Shown here in pieces: positions 1 to 11,287 of a DNA stretch of 34,776 nucleotides. Both the position numbers and the translations under genes were made by a program. The notes below the pieces were generated by a model, which worked only from the letters and a program-made list of their open reading frames with translations, was not told the DNA's origin and searched no databases. The stretch comes from Welwitschia mirabilis (Eukaryota): assembly GCA_051453625.1 (NCBI GenBank), contig JBOZIK010000001.1, positions 18,755,062-18,789,837 on the forward strand. Reading direction: 5' to 3'. Position 1 is the stretch's first letter, and each line of letters opens with the position of its first letter.

Positions 1-10
1 CTTCCCTTAA

Positions 11-184
11 GCCATCAAATCCAGCTATAAAAAGAAAGCTCTCAGACTCCATCTAAATAAAAATCAAGCAGATGCTAAAGAATTCAAAGAGGTAAATCAG
101 GCCTTTGAGGTGCTATCTGAAATGGATCATTTTTTATTTGAACATAACCATGGTAATATTTTTTCTTTCTGTAGAGGATATTAA
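11..184 (+). pseudogene. Degenerate DnaJ (J-domain) coding fragment, helices II-IV; 5' part lies outside the window
   Basis: Frame 2 translates as AIKSSYKKKALRLHLNKNQADAKEFKEVNQAFEVLSEMDHF...GY*. This matches the J-domain consensus IKxAYRKLALxxHPDKN...FKEINEAYEVLSD. HPD reads HLN (CAT CTA AAT), two transitions from CAT CCA GAT. An in-frame TAA lies at 8-10. Confidence 0.8.
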
Positions 185-240
185 TCCTCCACTTTTCAAG
201 TCTTTTCTCTAACCTAAGTTAAGTTTTCTCATGTCTGGTA

Positions 241-368
241 TAGTAGGGTGGTTTTACCCCTAGTATGTTAATCAGCAGTCTTTCTTAATGGTTAATGCAT
301 AATACTATTCTAGAAAGTTAGTTTCCTGTCTTTAGTCTATTTTACTAGGGGCACTTTTGCCCCCAATA
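241..368. repeat. Pair of related GC-stem hairpins
   Basis: 343-368 reads tactaggggca-cttt-tgcccccaata (11-bp arms, 2 mismatches). 241-265 reads tagtagggtg-gttt-tacccctagta, a more decayed copy of the same motif. Confidence 0.55.
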
Positions 369-479
369 TTGTTCTGTTTCTAGTTCAGTCCTGAACTTTC
401 AGCGGAATGTTCCCCCTTCCTCTAAACAGTTTAAACTTCCCATCAAGTTAGGGCGTTATAACACCCCCAATGTAAATTT

Positions 480-1330
480 TCTAGTTTAATATACTTTGCT
501 CTTTCTCAAAAAAAAAAAAAAAGAAAGAAAAAAAAATCTAAGTACACATAGAACTTAAAATGAAATCTATAATGATGAAAATATAGGAAAAAAAGAGAAT
601 TCATTTCTATCTTATTGTTTTTTATTTCTTCAGTTTTCAACCTTAGTTCGAGAGCAATTAAGAAGTAAAAACAATAAAAACTCATTAGTCTAGCACATAA
701 TGATTGATATAACAATGATATTTCAGATTAGAGTTAAAAACCTTGATGAAAACTTAAAAGAACTAAATATCAGCACTACTTTGAGTATCACTAGAAAAGG
801 ACTAATACCAGCCACTAGAGATCATAGAAAATAAAAGAAATCTAGAAATATAAATGTAAGAAAACTAGAATCAGCTTGTGTATAAATGAAACAGAACCAT
901 TGCCAACCACTAGCGAGTGCAAAAAAACAAAAAAATACTAACATCTAAATGGAAAAAATGAAAACTGTGCATGGCCTATTGTAGCTACCATGTTATTATT
1001 TATAGCAAGGCCACCAAAAGGTTATTTGAGATTAATATTTTATAAATAAAAACTAAATCCTTCACTGTAGAAAAGTCCTAGTATCATTCTATTCTTAGGT
1101 ATAATTCATGATAAACTATAATAAAATAAGCACCAAACCAAATATAAAGAATAGATTTAGAGAAAAAGAAAGTAAAAACAAGAAGAAATTTCTATAATAG
1201 GTTAGAGACTAAAGCTAGGATTAGATCATAGCTCTCATAATCTAACATGAATATAATAATAATGGCAAGAGTTCTTCCCAAAAAAGAAAAAAAAAGTAGA
1301 CTTACTTTATTATAAAACCAAAAATATTAA
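480..1330 (-). mobile_element. Athila-type gypsy remnant: 5' leader, PBS and stub of 5' LTR, interrupted on the right by the SIRE LTR
   Basis: 781-818 (gagtatcactagaaaaggactaatacca) and 981-1019 (gtagctaccatgttattatttatagcaaggccaccaaaa) are homologous to the leader/PBS of the Athila element at 8535-8751. Left boundary is approximate. Confidence 0.6.
999..1019 (-). promoter_or_regulatory. Decayed Athila-type primer-binding site (tRNA-Asp-type)
   Basis: tttatagcaaggccaccaaaa versus canonical reverse complement tccccggcaacggcgccaaaa; same upstream context as 8731-8751. Confidence 0.55.
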
Positions 1331-1334
1331 GTGA

Positions 1335-2837
1335 GTACTATTGAACTCAGAGAAAGGGGATGAATGAGTTTAACTAATTAAAAATTTGACAATTAACAAA
1401 TAAAATATTAAAAATAAATCTTACCAATTTACCTGGTTCCCCAACCCGAATATGTTCACACATAGTGAATAGCTTCTTTTTACACCTCTGAATATCCTTA
1501 GGCTATGAAAAAAGTGGTTTTGAATAATCACCAATCTTATAAACAGCTAAGGTACTTCTCTTAAGGAAACACTCTCTTCACCTTAGGTACTATAATACAG
1601 TAATATCTAATATGTGGTCTCAAGCACTTATTACAACTTAAGAAGTACAACCATGTAAGGGTTTCCTTATACTTTTTAAATTTCCAAGCAAGTAACCTTA
1701 AAATAAGAGAGATATAAAGTGCTTTTGAACTAGATACAAAATATTCAACAAGTCATATAGTCTAATAGAAAAGTATTAAAACTTAAAATAAGAGAAGAAA
1801 TAAGCTTAAAATGATGTGTCTAGTAAAGTTACTTGAGTTCTTTCTTAATGGAGTCATCCAATAGAATTACTATGGCATAGAAGTGTTAAGGAATAAGCAT
1901 AAACTTAAGATATCTTTAGTGATTATGTCTTTTAATTAATTCCCAAAATATATCAACTTGTAATGTACTAATCAATTGTCCAAATGTTTTTCGAATGAAT
2001 TTTCTTTATACCTTTTATATTCTTAAGTGAAATGGTTAGTTAACCTAAAGAAATAACTATTTAAATTAGTTTGAATGTTATCTAATGACTACATTTTCTA
2101 TTGTTCAATGGATATTTTTATTTTGTGTCAATTTTTAGGATGGACATCTTTAATCTAATAAATGTCTTTCACAACTAGACATCTTCAATCTAATAGATTT
2201 TTTTCAGATAGATGTTTTTACTTTGATAGACATCTTCCATACACTTTCCCAGACTCCAATAAGCTTTAACTAATGTTTCTTTGGAATCAAGAATTTATCA
2301 TGCAAAACTTGCTTAGATCCCTAGAGAATGAATAGATCATCATTATCATCCTATTGATATCATTATCATCTTGCTGACACAAATTAACTTTTGTTACCTA
2401 CTTTAGTTTAGCATAGATGTACTCCATATCACGGATACCCTTCCTTACTACATTCATTATAAACATCTTCATATTAATAGATGTCTTCCTTTTCTTTTTG
2501 GTTGAGTTTTAATTTTGACATATTTCTCCTATTTTAGGTTTAGTTCAGTGTAGACATCTTCCATCTTGTAGATGTCATTCTAATAGACATCTTCCACATT
2601 GTAGACATCTGTAGTCAACTTTCTCCAATCTTCATGGCCTCTAAACTAAATCATCTCTAGCCTTAAGTCTTTTATGTGAACTTGTTAAGTAACTCAAACA
2701 TCAGTTTTGCTAATTAACGATCCTTGTTTGCATTTGAAGTGTCTTGCCTAATGGAGAGATATCTTAAATACCCTATTTTCACACTAGATACATTACATTT
2801 AACAAGTGGAATCATCAAAACTAGGATTTTTCCAATA
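1335..2837 (-). repeat. 3' LTR of the SIRE element (~1.5 kb; left end uncertain, ~1325-1339)
   Basis: Right end ttccaata (decayed ...caaca) abuts the PPT. The left end carries aactcagagaaaggggatgaatgagtt, a decayed version of the conserved Sirevirus (a)ggggggtgaat motif. An internal array of palindromic motifs is present. Confidence 0.7.
2143..2609. repeat. Array of (TA)GACATC/GATGTC motifs, i.e. CpG-decayed GACGTC palindromes, in the SIRE LTR
   Basis: gacatc at ~2143, 2178, 2229, 2553, 2586, 2604; gatgtc at ~2480, 2571; most in a tagaNNtctt context. Confidence 0.7.
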
Positions 2838-2858
2838 ATCTCTCTCTTTTTAATGATG
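2838..2858 (-). promoter_or_regulatory. Polypurine tract of the SIRE element
   Basis: atctctctctttttaatgatg versus the typical SIRE atctccccctttttgatgatg. Confidence 0.7.
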
Positions 2859-3199
2859 TCCAAGACTTAACAAATCTTATTAGTATAAGCTTTGATAACC
2901 ATAAATAAGATATTATAAAATTAGGCATAAACCAAAACTATAATACTATCTAGCATAAAAATTTAGCAATAACTAATCAGAGTATAAGTGCATTAAAAAT
3001 TAAAGATTAAAAACATGTAAACCATCATAAGTAATACATAATATGTTATAACCTATATCAGTGTGAATAATAATACATCATAACTATGATAAATGTACAA
3101 TCTAATGAATACACTAAGGTACAATCTGATAAAACAACAAAGGAGGGCTTTAAAATAATAATGTATGCATAAAAACTCATGAATGAGCATTAAGCATGA

Positions 3200-3801
3200 T
3201 GTCACTTATAAAAGGACCAACCAACATCTCAAATTTAGCTACTTTGAAGAATCATATAAATGTTAACAAAATATTCATGTAGATTTTCCCATTGTCTCTC
3301 CAAGTTTTGGACATTAAAAATGCCTAATCATTGAGCACTGACTTAATGGTATAGTGATCTCCATCCCTTATGTCATCATTATTATCATCACTATCATGAG
3401 TCAAAGATGTTTAAACTATATAAAGATGATTAGCAAGAGAAGAAGTGTGCAGTTTTCAAGCGGCCTCTATGATGACTCTTCATGATCCTGTGATGTCTAT
3501 ATCGTTATATAAGGATTGATAGAGATGCTAAGGAGGTCGATTGTAGCAGTAGTAGCAAAAATAAATCTAGACGGTGAAGTAGCATTGAGTAGTTGAGCAC
3601 GGATAGGACTTGATAGTAATGGTGGTGGTGAAGGTAATCAAGGTGATGAAGGAACATATGATTGTGATGAAGCTAGTGGTCACAAACAAGGCTATGTAGA
3701 ATGCTGAATGAAGAGTTTACAATGTGGTCTATAGAAGATAAAAGGCTTGTCATCATCTAAGTCATTTGACTCATCATGGTGTTGTTGTGCTAGAGGCTGG
3801 T
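3200..3801 (-). pseudogene. C-terminal part of the SIRE env-like ORF (Pro/Ser-rich and acidic), decayed
   Basis: Removing the 3802-10108 insertion and one TSD copy gives a continuous frame ...VKGKDQ|PLAQQHHDESNDLDDDKPF...SSP*LPSPPPLLSSP.... Downstream end is approximate. Confidence 0.55.
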
Positions 3802-5101
3802 TGTGCATTTTAATACATGAACTAGATTTAAAACTAACTTAATACTTAGCATTGTTCTTCCATAGGGATAATTATAATAGGTTAATTAGAAGTTACATAG
3901 TGTTACTAACTTATAAGTTACAAAAAGAAAGAAAAGAGAAAAGAAGGAGTTAAGAATTTTCGATTGAAACTTAATTTGGAAAAATGGAAAGCAAGTAAGC
4001 TTTAAGTGTTTGCTTGGTTCATCCTTTTATAATTCCTCACTTGATCATATGCTGCACTATTGTAAAATAGACTTTAGGTTATATTGATATAATCTCATTC
4101 ACTATGAGTCTTGGTAAATTTGAAAGTCACTAATCCTTCATAGCCTTATAATAAAAATAGAAAGTATGAACTTAATGTGCATAAGATCCATGAAATTACT
4201 AAGACGTAAACTAATTAACTTAGGAGTTTACTCAGTTGAACAAAGAATCTTGATAGTTACATTGCTACTTAAGTGTTTCTAGTACAAAATGAATTATGAC
4301 TAATAATAAAAAGAAAATAACACTTTAGTATTGAATCAAAAAATAACATATTATATCAGAGATAGAAGGAAGATGAAAGAACTCCTTAAGATATTCTTGA
4401 AGGCAAGATCACTCCTTAAAGAAGCCCTCAAAGGCCATCATGATGTAACACTCCAAAATTTTCATGCTTTTGTCAAAGACCCTTTTATAGGCAAGGATGG
4501 GGATGGGGGGTGGTTAAAATCCTTTGGCTCATAGTGTCAAGTGAGTGGTTATAGAATGATGGCATTAGGTAAGGCATTATCATTTTTCCATTAGGTAGAT
4601 ATCATCATAATAAGGCCAACACTTCACTCTTAGACATCGTTACTTTTGTTAACTTCTGATGATAGCATGTGTCTCCATTATCACCCTACTTAGCAATACC
4701 ACATGTCACTATTACATATCATAATCATCGCTTCCATGTCTGTAAAAAATGCAAGTTACTTGTAATGTGGAATTCATTCAAGCCCATAAATACATTTGGA
4801 TTAATTTCTTATAATAAGTCAGGAACATAATATTTGCAGTGTTTTGTGAAAAAGAACTAGTTGTGTTAGGTGGTCTAAATGGCAGCACCATTGTTTTAGC
4901 CTAGATGATCATCACATTTAATCATATCCTTCAAAATGTAATAACTATCCTGAAAATATCATGGAAAAATGATAAGTCCATAATTACTATATAAAAACAA
5001 TAGAAGACATGTTTTTATGATAAAATTAAATGTATTAATGTCTTCCATTAAGATAAAGTATTCATTTAATTTTATTGGAATTCAATTTTTACATGTTAAC
5101 A
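3802..5101 (-). repeat. 3' LTR of the nested Athila element
   Basis: tgtgcattttaatacatgaac...tttttacatgttaaca aligns end to end with 8754-10108 (roughly 80% identity by eye, mostly transitions). Confidence 0.9.
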
Positions 5102-5133
5102 CACTCCTTAACTAGACTTTTTCTAGCCCTCGA
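5102..5133 (-). promoter_or_regulatory. Athila PPT and conserved upstream motif
   Basis: Minus strand reads ctcgagggctagaaaaagtctagttaaggagtg|TG, a decayed form of the motif seen more intact at 23948-23983 (ctagtttggggagtg|TG). Confidence 0.7.
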
Positions 5134-5308
5134 GTATGTGAATGAAATAACTTTGAAAAATTTATGACCAATTTTTTGAAATTAAGTCATCAAAATTTAA
5201 AAATTTATGAAACTAAATGTCATATCCCCAACCAAAGCTAAACTTTATTCTCAAAGTTTTATGACAGAAATTGTTTAAAGCATTTTGAGAACATAACCTT
5301 AGAACAAT

Positions 5309-5331
5309 NNNNNNNNNNNNNNNNNNNNNNN
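5309..5331. other. Assembly gap (23 N)
   Basis: Run of N. Confidence 0.99.
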
Positions 5332-5820
5332 GTAATGATTCAAACTGATGCAACTAAGGGAAAACTATAAAACAATCATTTTATTTCTTCCTAAAAATTC
5401 TAAGTGAAAATAGTTTATGCCTTAAGTTTTATTTCTCATGAAATGGGATGAAGTAAAATGGGTGATGGAGATGGAAAATTTGTCAAAGGATTTGACTATA
5501 AAAGTAATGAATAAATGAGTAAACCTATCTAAGTTAATGATGCTTGTTATGTTTTTGTAATTTTTAGTAAATCTTATATCAACTAAGCATAGTCTTAAGC
5601 AAGTAACTTTATAGAAGATGATGAAATTATACTGAATCTCAAGTATGAAAGTTAAAAAATAATAGAACACCAAAGGCCTCTAATTTCCCTCTTTCTTTCT
5701 TTTATTTTTTATTTCTACCAATGTATATGTCCTTAGTTTAAGCCTTTGAATCATATTAAGCATCTAGTGTTATGACATTTTATTCCAATAGAGTTAAGCA
5801 TGTTATTTTGTGAAGAAATC

Positions 5821-5915
5821 AGTGCTACATTACCAGTGAACATTTATAGCCCCAGTGCAGATGAATTAGATCACTAGAGCAGCATTGCTAGTGAGCATTC
5901 ATAGCCCTAATGTAG
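5821..5915. repeat. Diverged ~55-bp-period tandem duplication
   Basis: agtgctacattaccagtgaacatttatagccccagtgcag versus agagcagcattgctagtgagcattcatagccctaatgtag. Confidence 0.7.
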
Positions 5916-6470
5916 CTAACTAAATCCAATTAAGTGATTAATGACATGTATGTTTGGACAAGAGATATATTATTTTTCTTTTGTTCTTCTTGTCATATTT
6001 ATTTCTATACACATTAGAGGGGTCATTGGCTCATTAGCCTAATAGAAAGATCTTATGTCCATCAAAATCTTTAAACATAAGGAACATAACATGAAGGTAG
6101 ATTCCACTTTTTTAGGGATGATTTAACATAATTGGAGACCTTAAGCAATTCTGCTTTTAATAGTAAAATTTAAAATAAGCTTAAATATTCCTTAAAAACC
6201 TATAAGTATACTTAATCATTACCATTACTTAAGTGATAACGAGATCGCTTATTATTGATTTTTTGTTAAAGGTATTTAACCTGGGTTTGTAAGTCTCAAG
6301 AGCTCATAGATGAATAGTGGAGGAGAATGGTTTGTTAGCTTATCGGGATTATTAGAAAATGAGAGGAATGGATGGAGAGGCTTAAGGGGATCAACTTTGG
6401 GATTTTCTAAGTAAAAGGGTTTAAGGCGAGGATTATAGAGGTGGTAGTACCTGCAAGATTTTAGGTGAGA

Positions 6471-6532
6471 GAGATCATCAAGCATATATGTTTTTAAGTT
6501 TTTCTTGAGATCATCAAGCATATATGTTTTTT
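6471..6532. repeat. Short direct repeat (25 bp, period 37)
   Basis: gagatcatcaagcatatatgttttt occurs at 6471 and 6508. Confidence 0.85.
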
Positions 6533-6849
6533 TCTTTCTTTTTTTTCTAGTCAAATGAAATATAACCTAAAAGGAAAATCTATTCTTAAAAAGAAAAGAA
6601 AAAAGAAAATCTAATTCCAAAGATAAAAATTTTCTAAGGTGCTCAAGACTGTGGAAATGAAGATAGGACAATCAGAAAATTTGTGAAGTGTTTTGAAGTG
6701 GAAGGAAATCCATGTGTAAATATTTATGCAAAAGTCTATGAAATTTGAAAGAACATTAGTACAAGTAGAAAAGTTTTTCCATTAAAATTAGTAGTAGTCC
6801 ATCCCTTATCTTATTTATGTTTATTCAATAACTCTTGTAAGACATAATT

Positions 6850-7931
6850 TTGAGACTAATTGGAAGTTTATTAATAAGATAGATGCTCATTAGAAGAATT
6901 AAAATCTTTGAACATTGGTTCTAATTCTAAAGAAGTTTTGTCTTTTTTATTAAGGTGAAATGATTGGCTCATGAAGTTGATGATAAAAGATGAGGGTGGA
7001 TCGTGTATAGGCTCTTTGCTAATGTTCTTTTTCTCATTAAGGTCAATGGGGAATTCCTCCTCACATGGTTGCTTTAGTAATAATGGTTGTAATTTAATGT
7101 TTTGTATATTGATGTGACTTAATGGCTAATCCTCTATAATGTAATTCTCTAAAGTATAGCCTTCCTCATATGATTTTTTATCATCATCTGATGTGTGTAA
7201 TCCGACTCCAAAGTATAGCCTACTTGCACATAGTTGTTCACTCTCTAATGCAATTATAAACTCAAGGTTCTCTTGAATTCCTTTATTGGTTTCGTCCTCA
7301 TTCCTAAAGGATATGGTATGCTGTTCTCATCTCTTTCAAAGTTGTCAGTACTCTTAGGCTTATGAAATATGGAAGGACGTCCTCTTGTTAGTTGAGAATG
7401 CCAATGATTTGAGCATTGATCTCAGTGATTTGTTAAAGGATTTGGTGTGGGATTGAAAACTTTACTTAAGATTAGTTAGGAAAGAGGAGTATTGTTTCAA
7501 AATTATTTCATGATTATTGTTAATTTGGACTTGAGTATCCATGAATTTTCTAATTGACTTCTCAAAGGAGGTGAATGAAGATTGTTGTCAGATGTAGAAA
7601 GATGAAGGGAAGGATGGTCATAAGGGGTGATGAAAAGTATGGGATGAAACTCTTATTGAAAATAAGCTTTTTTAAATTTGGGATATAGAGTTTGATTTAT
7701 ATGTGAAGGGCGTTGGTCAAATGAATATGGAAAGGAGGGTGAAGAAAAAGGGTTGTTTTAATTGCATTAGATATAGTCCTCTAAAGTTTTCTTGGGCCAA
7801 ATTTAATCTCCTACAATTTTAGATTGAACATAACTAGGTATGTTGTAGGGATGTCTGCAGTTTTCATATGCAAAGTGGGGTTTAGAAGGTACTTTGTACA
7901 ATCTCCCAAAAGGATCACATTCCCAACCCAT
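6850..7931 (-). pseudogene. Decayed, internally shortened Athila gag-like ORF
   Basis: Begins MGWECDPFGRLYK (resembling the Athila-type W-RD-xGRL N-terminus), followed by a Pro/Gln-rich stretch and FEKSIRKFMDTQVQINN (Athila gag C-terminal coiled-coil-like region). Many stops and frameshifts; end is approximate. Confidence 0.55.
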
Positions 7932-8356
7932 ATCAATTTTTCAGAAAATGGTATGTGAAGTTCACTAAAAAGTTTTCATGAATTTTTAAAGATGCAGAGG
8001 AGGCCTAATATTCAAAAGATTTTAGAGAGCTAAGAAAAGTCTTTTTGCAAAGTTTGAGAGGTTTGTAAGTGAAAAAGCTGATAGTGCTAGTCAGGAAAGA
8101 TAATGACATTAGTTTACTTATGATTTATGTTTGTGAAAAAATTCTAGGGGTTTACATAGATCTCACAAAGTGTTCATCATTACAAAGCTGCAGAAAAACC
8201 AAATAGAAATAAAAATGACATTCACACAAAAACACTCTTAATGAAAATTAAATTGTAAACGTTTTTAGTATTCTTAATGTTTATGATAGCGATCTCACAC
8301 AAAAAATTAAACCTATAATTAAAAATGCAAAAAATAAAATTCATGAAAAGTTAGTG

Positions 8357-8486
8357 AATTTTTAATTATTTTACTCTTTGGTTGCCATCCTAAAAAAACA
8401 TTGTTAATCCTACAATCAAATAATTTTTAATTATTTTGCTCTTTGGTTGTCATCCTAAAAAAACATTGTTAATCCTACAATCAAAT
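8357..8486. repeat. Near-perfect 65-bp tandem duplication in the Athila leader
   Basis: aatttttaattatttt(a/g)ctctttggttg(c/t)catcctaaaaaaacattgttaatcctacaatcaaat x2, 2 mismatches. Confidence 0.95.
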
Positions 8487-8730
8487 CAAGTTAGAGCAAA
8501 GAAAACTAAAGAAAAGCTCAAAAAGAACTAGTTTGGGTATCATTGAAAATGACTAGTACCAATCACTGGAAAGAAATGATAAACAAACACATAAAAAAAA
8601 AAAAGAGAAAATGGACTAGTCTAGGTATCACTGGAAAGGATTAGTATCCACCACTTAAAAAAGCAAAACAAACTATAAAATTACAAGAAAGAAATGTTTG
8701 TACTCTTTCTGAGTAGCTACTATGCTATTA

Positions 8731-8751
8731 TCCTCAATTACAATACCAAAA
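8731..8751 (-). promoter_or_regulatory. Decayed Athila PBS (tRNA-Asp-type)
   Basis: tcctcaattacaataccaaaa differs from tccccggcaacggcgccaaaa almost only by C>T/G>A changes and lies 2 nt from the LTR end. Confidence 0.75.
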
Positions 8752-8753
8752 TT

Positions 8754-10108
8754 TGTTTGTTTTAGTACATGAACCAGATTTAAATCTAAGTTTACACTCA
8801 GATCATTCTTTCATAGGGATAACTACGGTAGATTAATCAGAAGTTACAAAATATTGCTAACTTGAAGTTATAAAAAGAAAGAAAAGGGAAAAGAAGGAGT
8901 CGAAAATTTTGAGTGGAAACTTCGTTTGAAAATTGAAAAGTAAGAAAGCTCCAAGTGTTCACACAATTCATCCTTCTACAAGTCCTCACTCAACCATATG
9001 CTACACTATCCTGAAACAAACTTTAGACTATTAAGTATGATGGTTTTGGTCATGGTGATATAAACTCATTCACTATATGACCGTTGGTGAATGAGAAAAT
9101 CATTGGTTCTTCACAGCCTTATAATAAAAATGGAAAGAATGAACTTTGATGCACAAGATCCATGAAATTACTAAGACTTACATTAATTAACTTAACAAAT
9201 TTACTCAGTTAACCAAAGAATCTTGATAGTTATGTTGCTACTTAAGCATTTCTAATAAAAAATTAATTGTGACTAATAATCAAAAGAAAACAACTCTTTA
9301 GTATTGAATTAGAAAAATGCACATTACATCAGAGATAGAATGAAACTAAAAGAACTCCTCAATATATCTTTAGAAGGAAGTTCACTCCCTAAAGAAGCAC
9401 TCAAAAGGCCATCACAACTTGATGCTCCAAAGGGTCTATGCTTTTGCCAAAGTAAAGGAAGATATAATGTAGGACTTAAGGCACTTTCATAGGAAAGGAT
9501 AGGGGTGGGGGTGGTTACAAGCCTTTGGCTTGTAGCATTAAGCGAGTAGTTATAAAATGATAGCATTAGATATGGCATTTGTCGTTTTTTCATTAGGTGG
9601 TTGTCATCATGATAAGGCCAACACTTTACTTCTAGATGTTGTTTCTTTTACTAACCACCGATGCTACCATATGTCTATATTATCATCCTACTTAGCACTA
9701 CCACATGTTGCTATTGTGTATCATCATCACCACCACAATCATGTGTTGTAAAGAATGTAAGTTACTTTTGATGTGGATTTCGATTAAGCTCATAACTACA
9801 TTTGAATTAATTTCTCATGACAAGTTAGAAATGTGAGATCTACAATGTTTTATGTAGAAGGACCAGTGGTGTCAGGTGACCTAAATGATGGCATCAACAT
9901 TTTAGCATGGATGATCATCAAATTTAAGCATATCCTTCAAAATGTAATAAACATCCTAAAAATGTCATGGGCAAATATAAGTCCATGATTAATATTATAA
10001 AAACACTAGAAGACATGTTTTTATGATAAGATCAATTATATTAATGTCTTTCATTAAGATAAATTAGTTATTTAACTTGATAAGATTGTCAATTTTTACA
10101 TGTTAACA
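8754..10108 (-). repeat. 5' LTR of the nested Athila element
   Basis: Direct repeat of 3802-5101; adjacent to the PBS; TG...CA termini. Confidence 0.9.
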
Positions 10109-11287
10109 TTGATCCTTCCCCTTAACCTATGCTCCCTCCTCATTTGACTTAGATATAGGCAATTCCTTTGATTCCTCTATCCTATTTAACTTATATACTA
10201 TCTCTATAAGTGTCGGAGTCTCCTCTAATAATTCTTCCTCTGAATCCGACTAAGTAAGAGTTCCAAGTAGTAGTAGAGGCCTTCCCCTCACTTGCTATGT
10301 CTATGTGATTTTTCAATCTTAATAAATTTCCATCAATTTTTCCCATCATTTTTTCAATCGCATGGAGACCCTTCTTTAAAGAGAAAGAGCTATGAGAACT
10401 TGTAGACTTAGATCTTTGAAATTGCTTCTTTGGAGGCCTTCTACTTGTGCCCTCCCTAGGTTGAATAAGTGCTTGTTGCTTCTCACTAAACTCAGATAAA
10501 GGCTTCTGTGGCCTTATAAGATTTACTTGTAGCATGAAGACTCTTACATTATTAATGATGAGCCTAATCAAGCATGAATGGCTTAAAGATTAACCCTAAC
10601 AAAATTATGTGATGACATTCTTGGAGAACGCAAATCCAAGGTTAATGTTAAACGTATAAATACACAATATATAACAAAAGTCTACATAGGGTTATAGTAG
10701 CTATAGCTACCACCTCTAACTAGAATTTGATAAAGCAAAATCAATATCAATATGGAGGCATGAAAAACCATGTATTTCATTCAATATCTTCACGGAATTT
10801 CAATTTTGAATTTTCAAAAATTATAATGCTTAAGTTATGACAAGATACTTTAGTTATCTGATTGTTAAACTATCTTGAAATGAATGCATGCAAAAGTGAG
10901 GAAGATTAAAATCATTTATGTTAAGAGAATTATTAATGATACTAGGAGATAAATGTAATAGAGTATCTTTGACCTGAGTCCAAAAGATCCTTATAGAGTC
11001 ATTAATCTCATGGATATTGGCATATAATTCTGATCCCACTTGATCTGAAATGGTCTTTCCTAACTAGACTGTCATTTTCCACCTAAGATAAGAGAAGTTG
11101 AAGAGGATTTGATCTTTTTTATGCTTTTGAAAAAATCTAAGGTTATTTCTGTAACCATAGAGTTTTTTATCCATGAATTAAACCTTCTCCGTGCTAATTC
11201 ATGATATAAATGAGACTCATAATGAGGAGTTTGAGTTTCTTAGATAACCTCCTGGCCTGTAATTGAGCGAAACGACTTTCTTCTCAT
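10109..11287 (-). pseudogene. N-terminal/central part of the SIRE env-like (extra) ORF; putative plant transposon protein domain (Transposase_32-like)
   Basis: MRRKSFRSITGQEV...VGSELYANIHEINDSIRIFWTQVKDTLLHLSPSIINNSL matches the EFYAN...V.G..I.FSP..IN..L pattern of Athila/SIRE extra ORFs. It lies between pol and the 3' LTR and includes track ORFs 10854-11039 and 10191-10571. Confidence 0.7.

Larger units (their letters stand above)
3802..10108 (-). mobile_element. Complete non-autonomous Athila-type gypsy element (LTR-PBS-gag remnant-PPT-LTR, no pol)
   Basis: Two ~1.3-kb direct repeats with TG...CA ends; PBS 8731-8751; PPT next to 5102; flanks ctggt/ttgat consistent with a decayed 5-bp TSD; no RT or integrase motifs seen in the 3.65-kb interior. 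Confidence 0.85.

Noticed and set aside
11-184. Functional DnaJ gene
   Set aside because: HPD is mutated to HLN and an in-frame stop lies immediately upstream; called a pseudogene fragment only.
241-368. Geminivirus/CRESS replication-origin hairpin
   Set aside because: Loops are 4 nt and lack the TAATATTAC-type nonanucleotide; no Rep motifs nearby.
2143-2609. CRISPR-like repeat-spacer array
   Set aside because: Repeats are only ~6-11 bp, irregularly spaced, inside a plant LTR, and there are no cas genes.
10109-10125. Purine run aggggaaggatcaa adjacent to an LTR as a PPT
   Set aside because: The PBS at 8731 makes this the 5' LTR; the run is host env-like coding sequence (VKGKDQ) at the insertion site.
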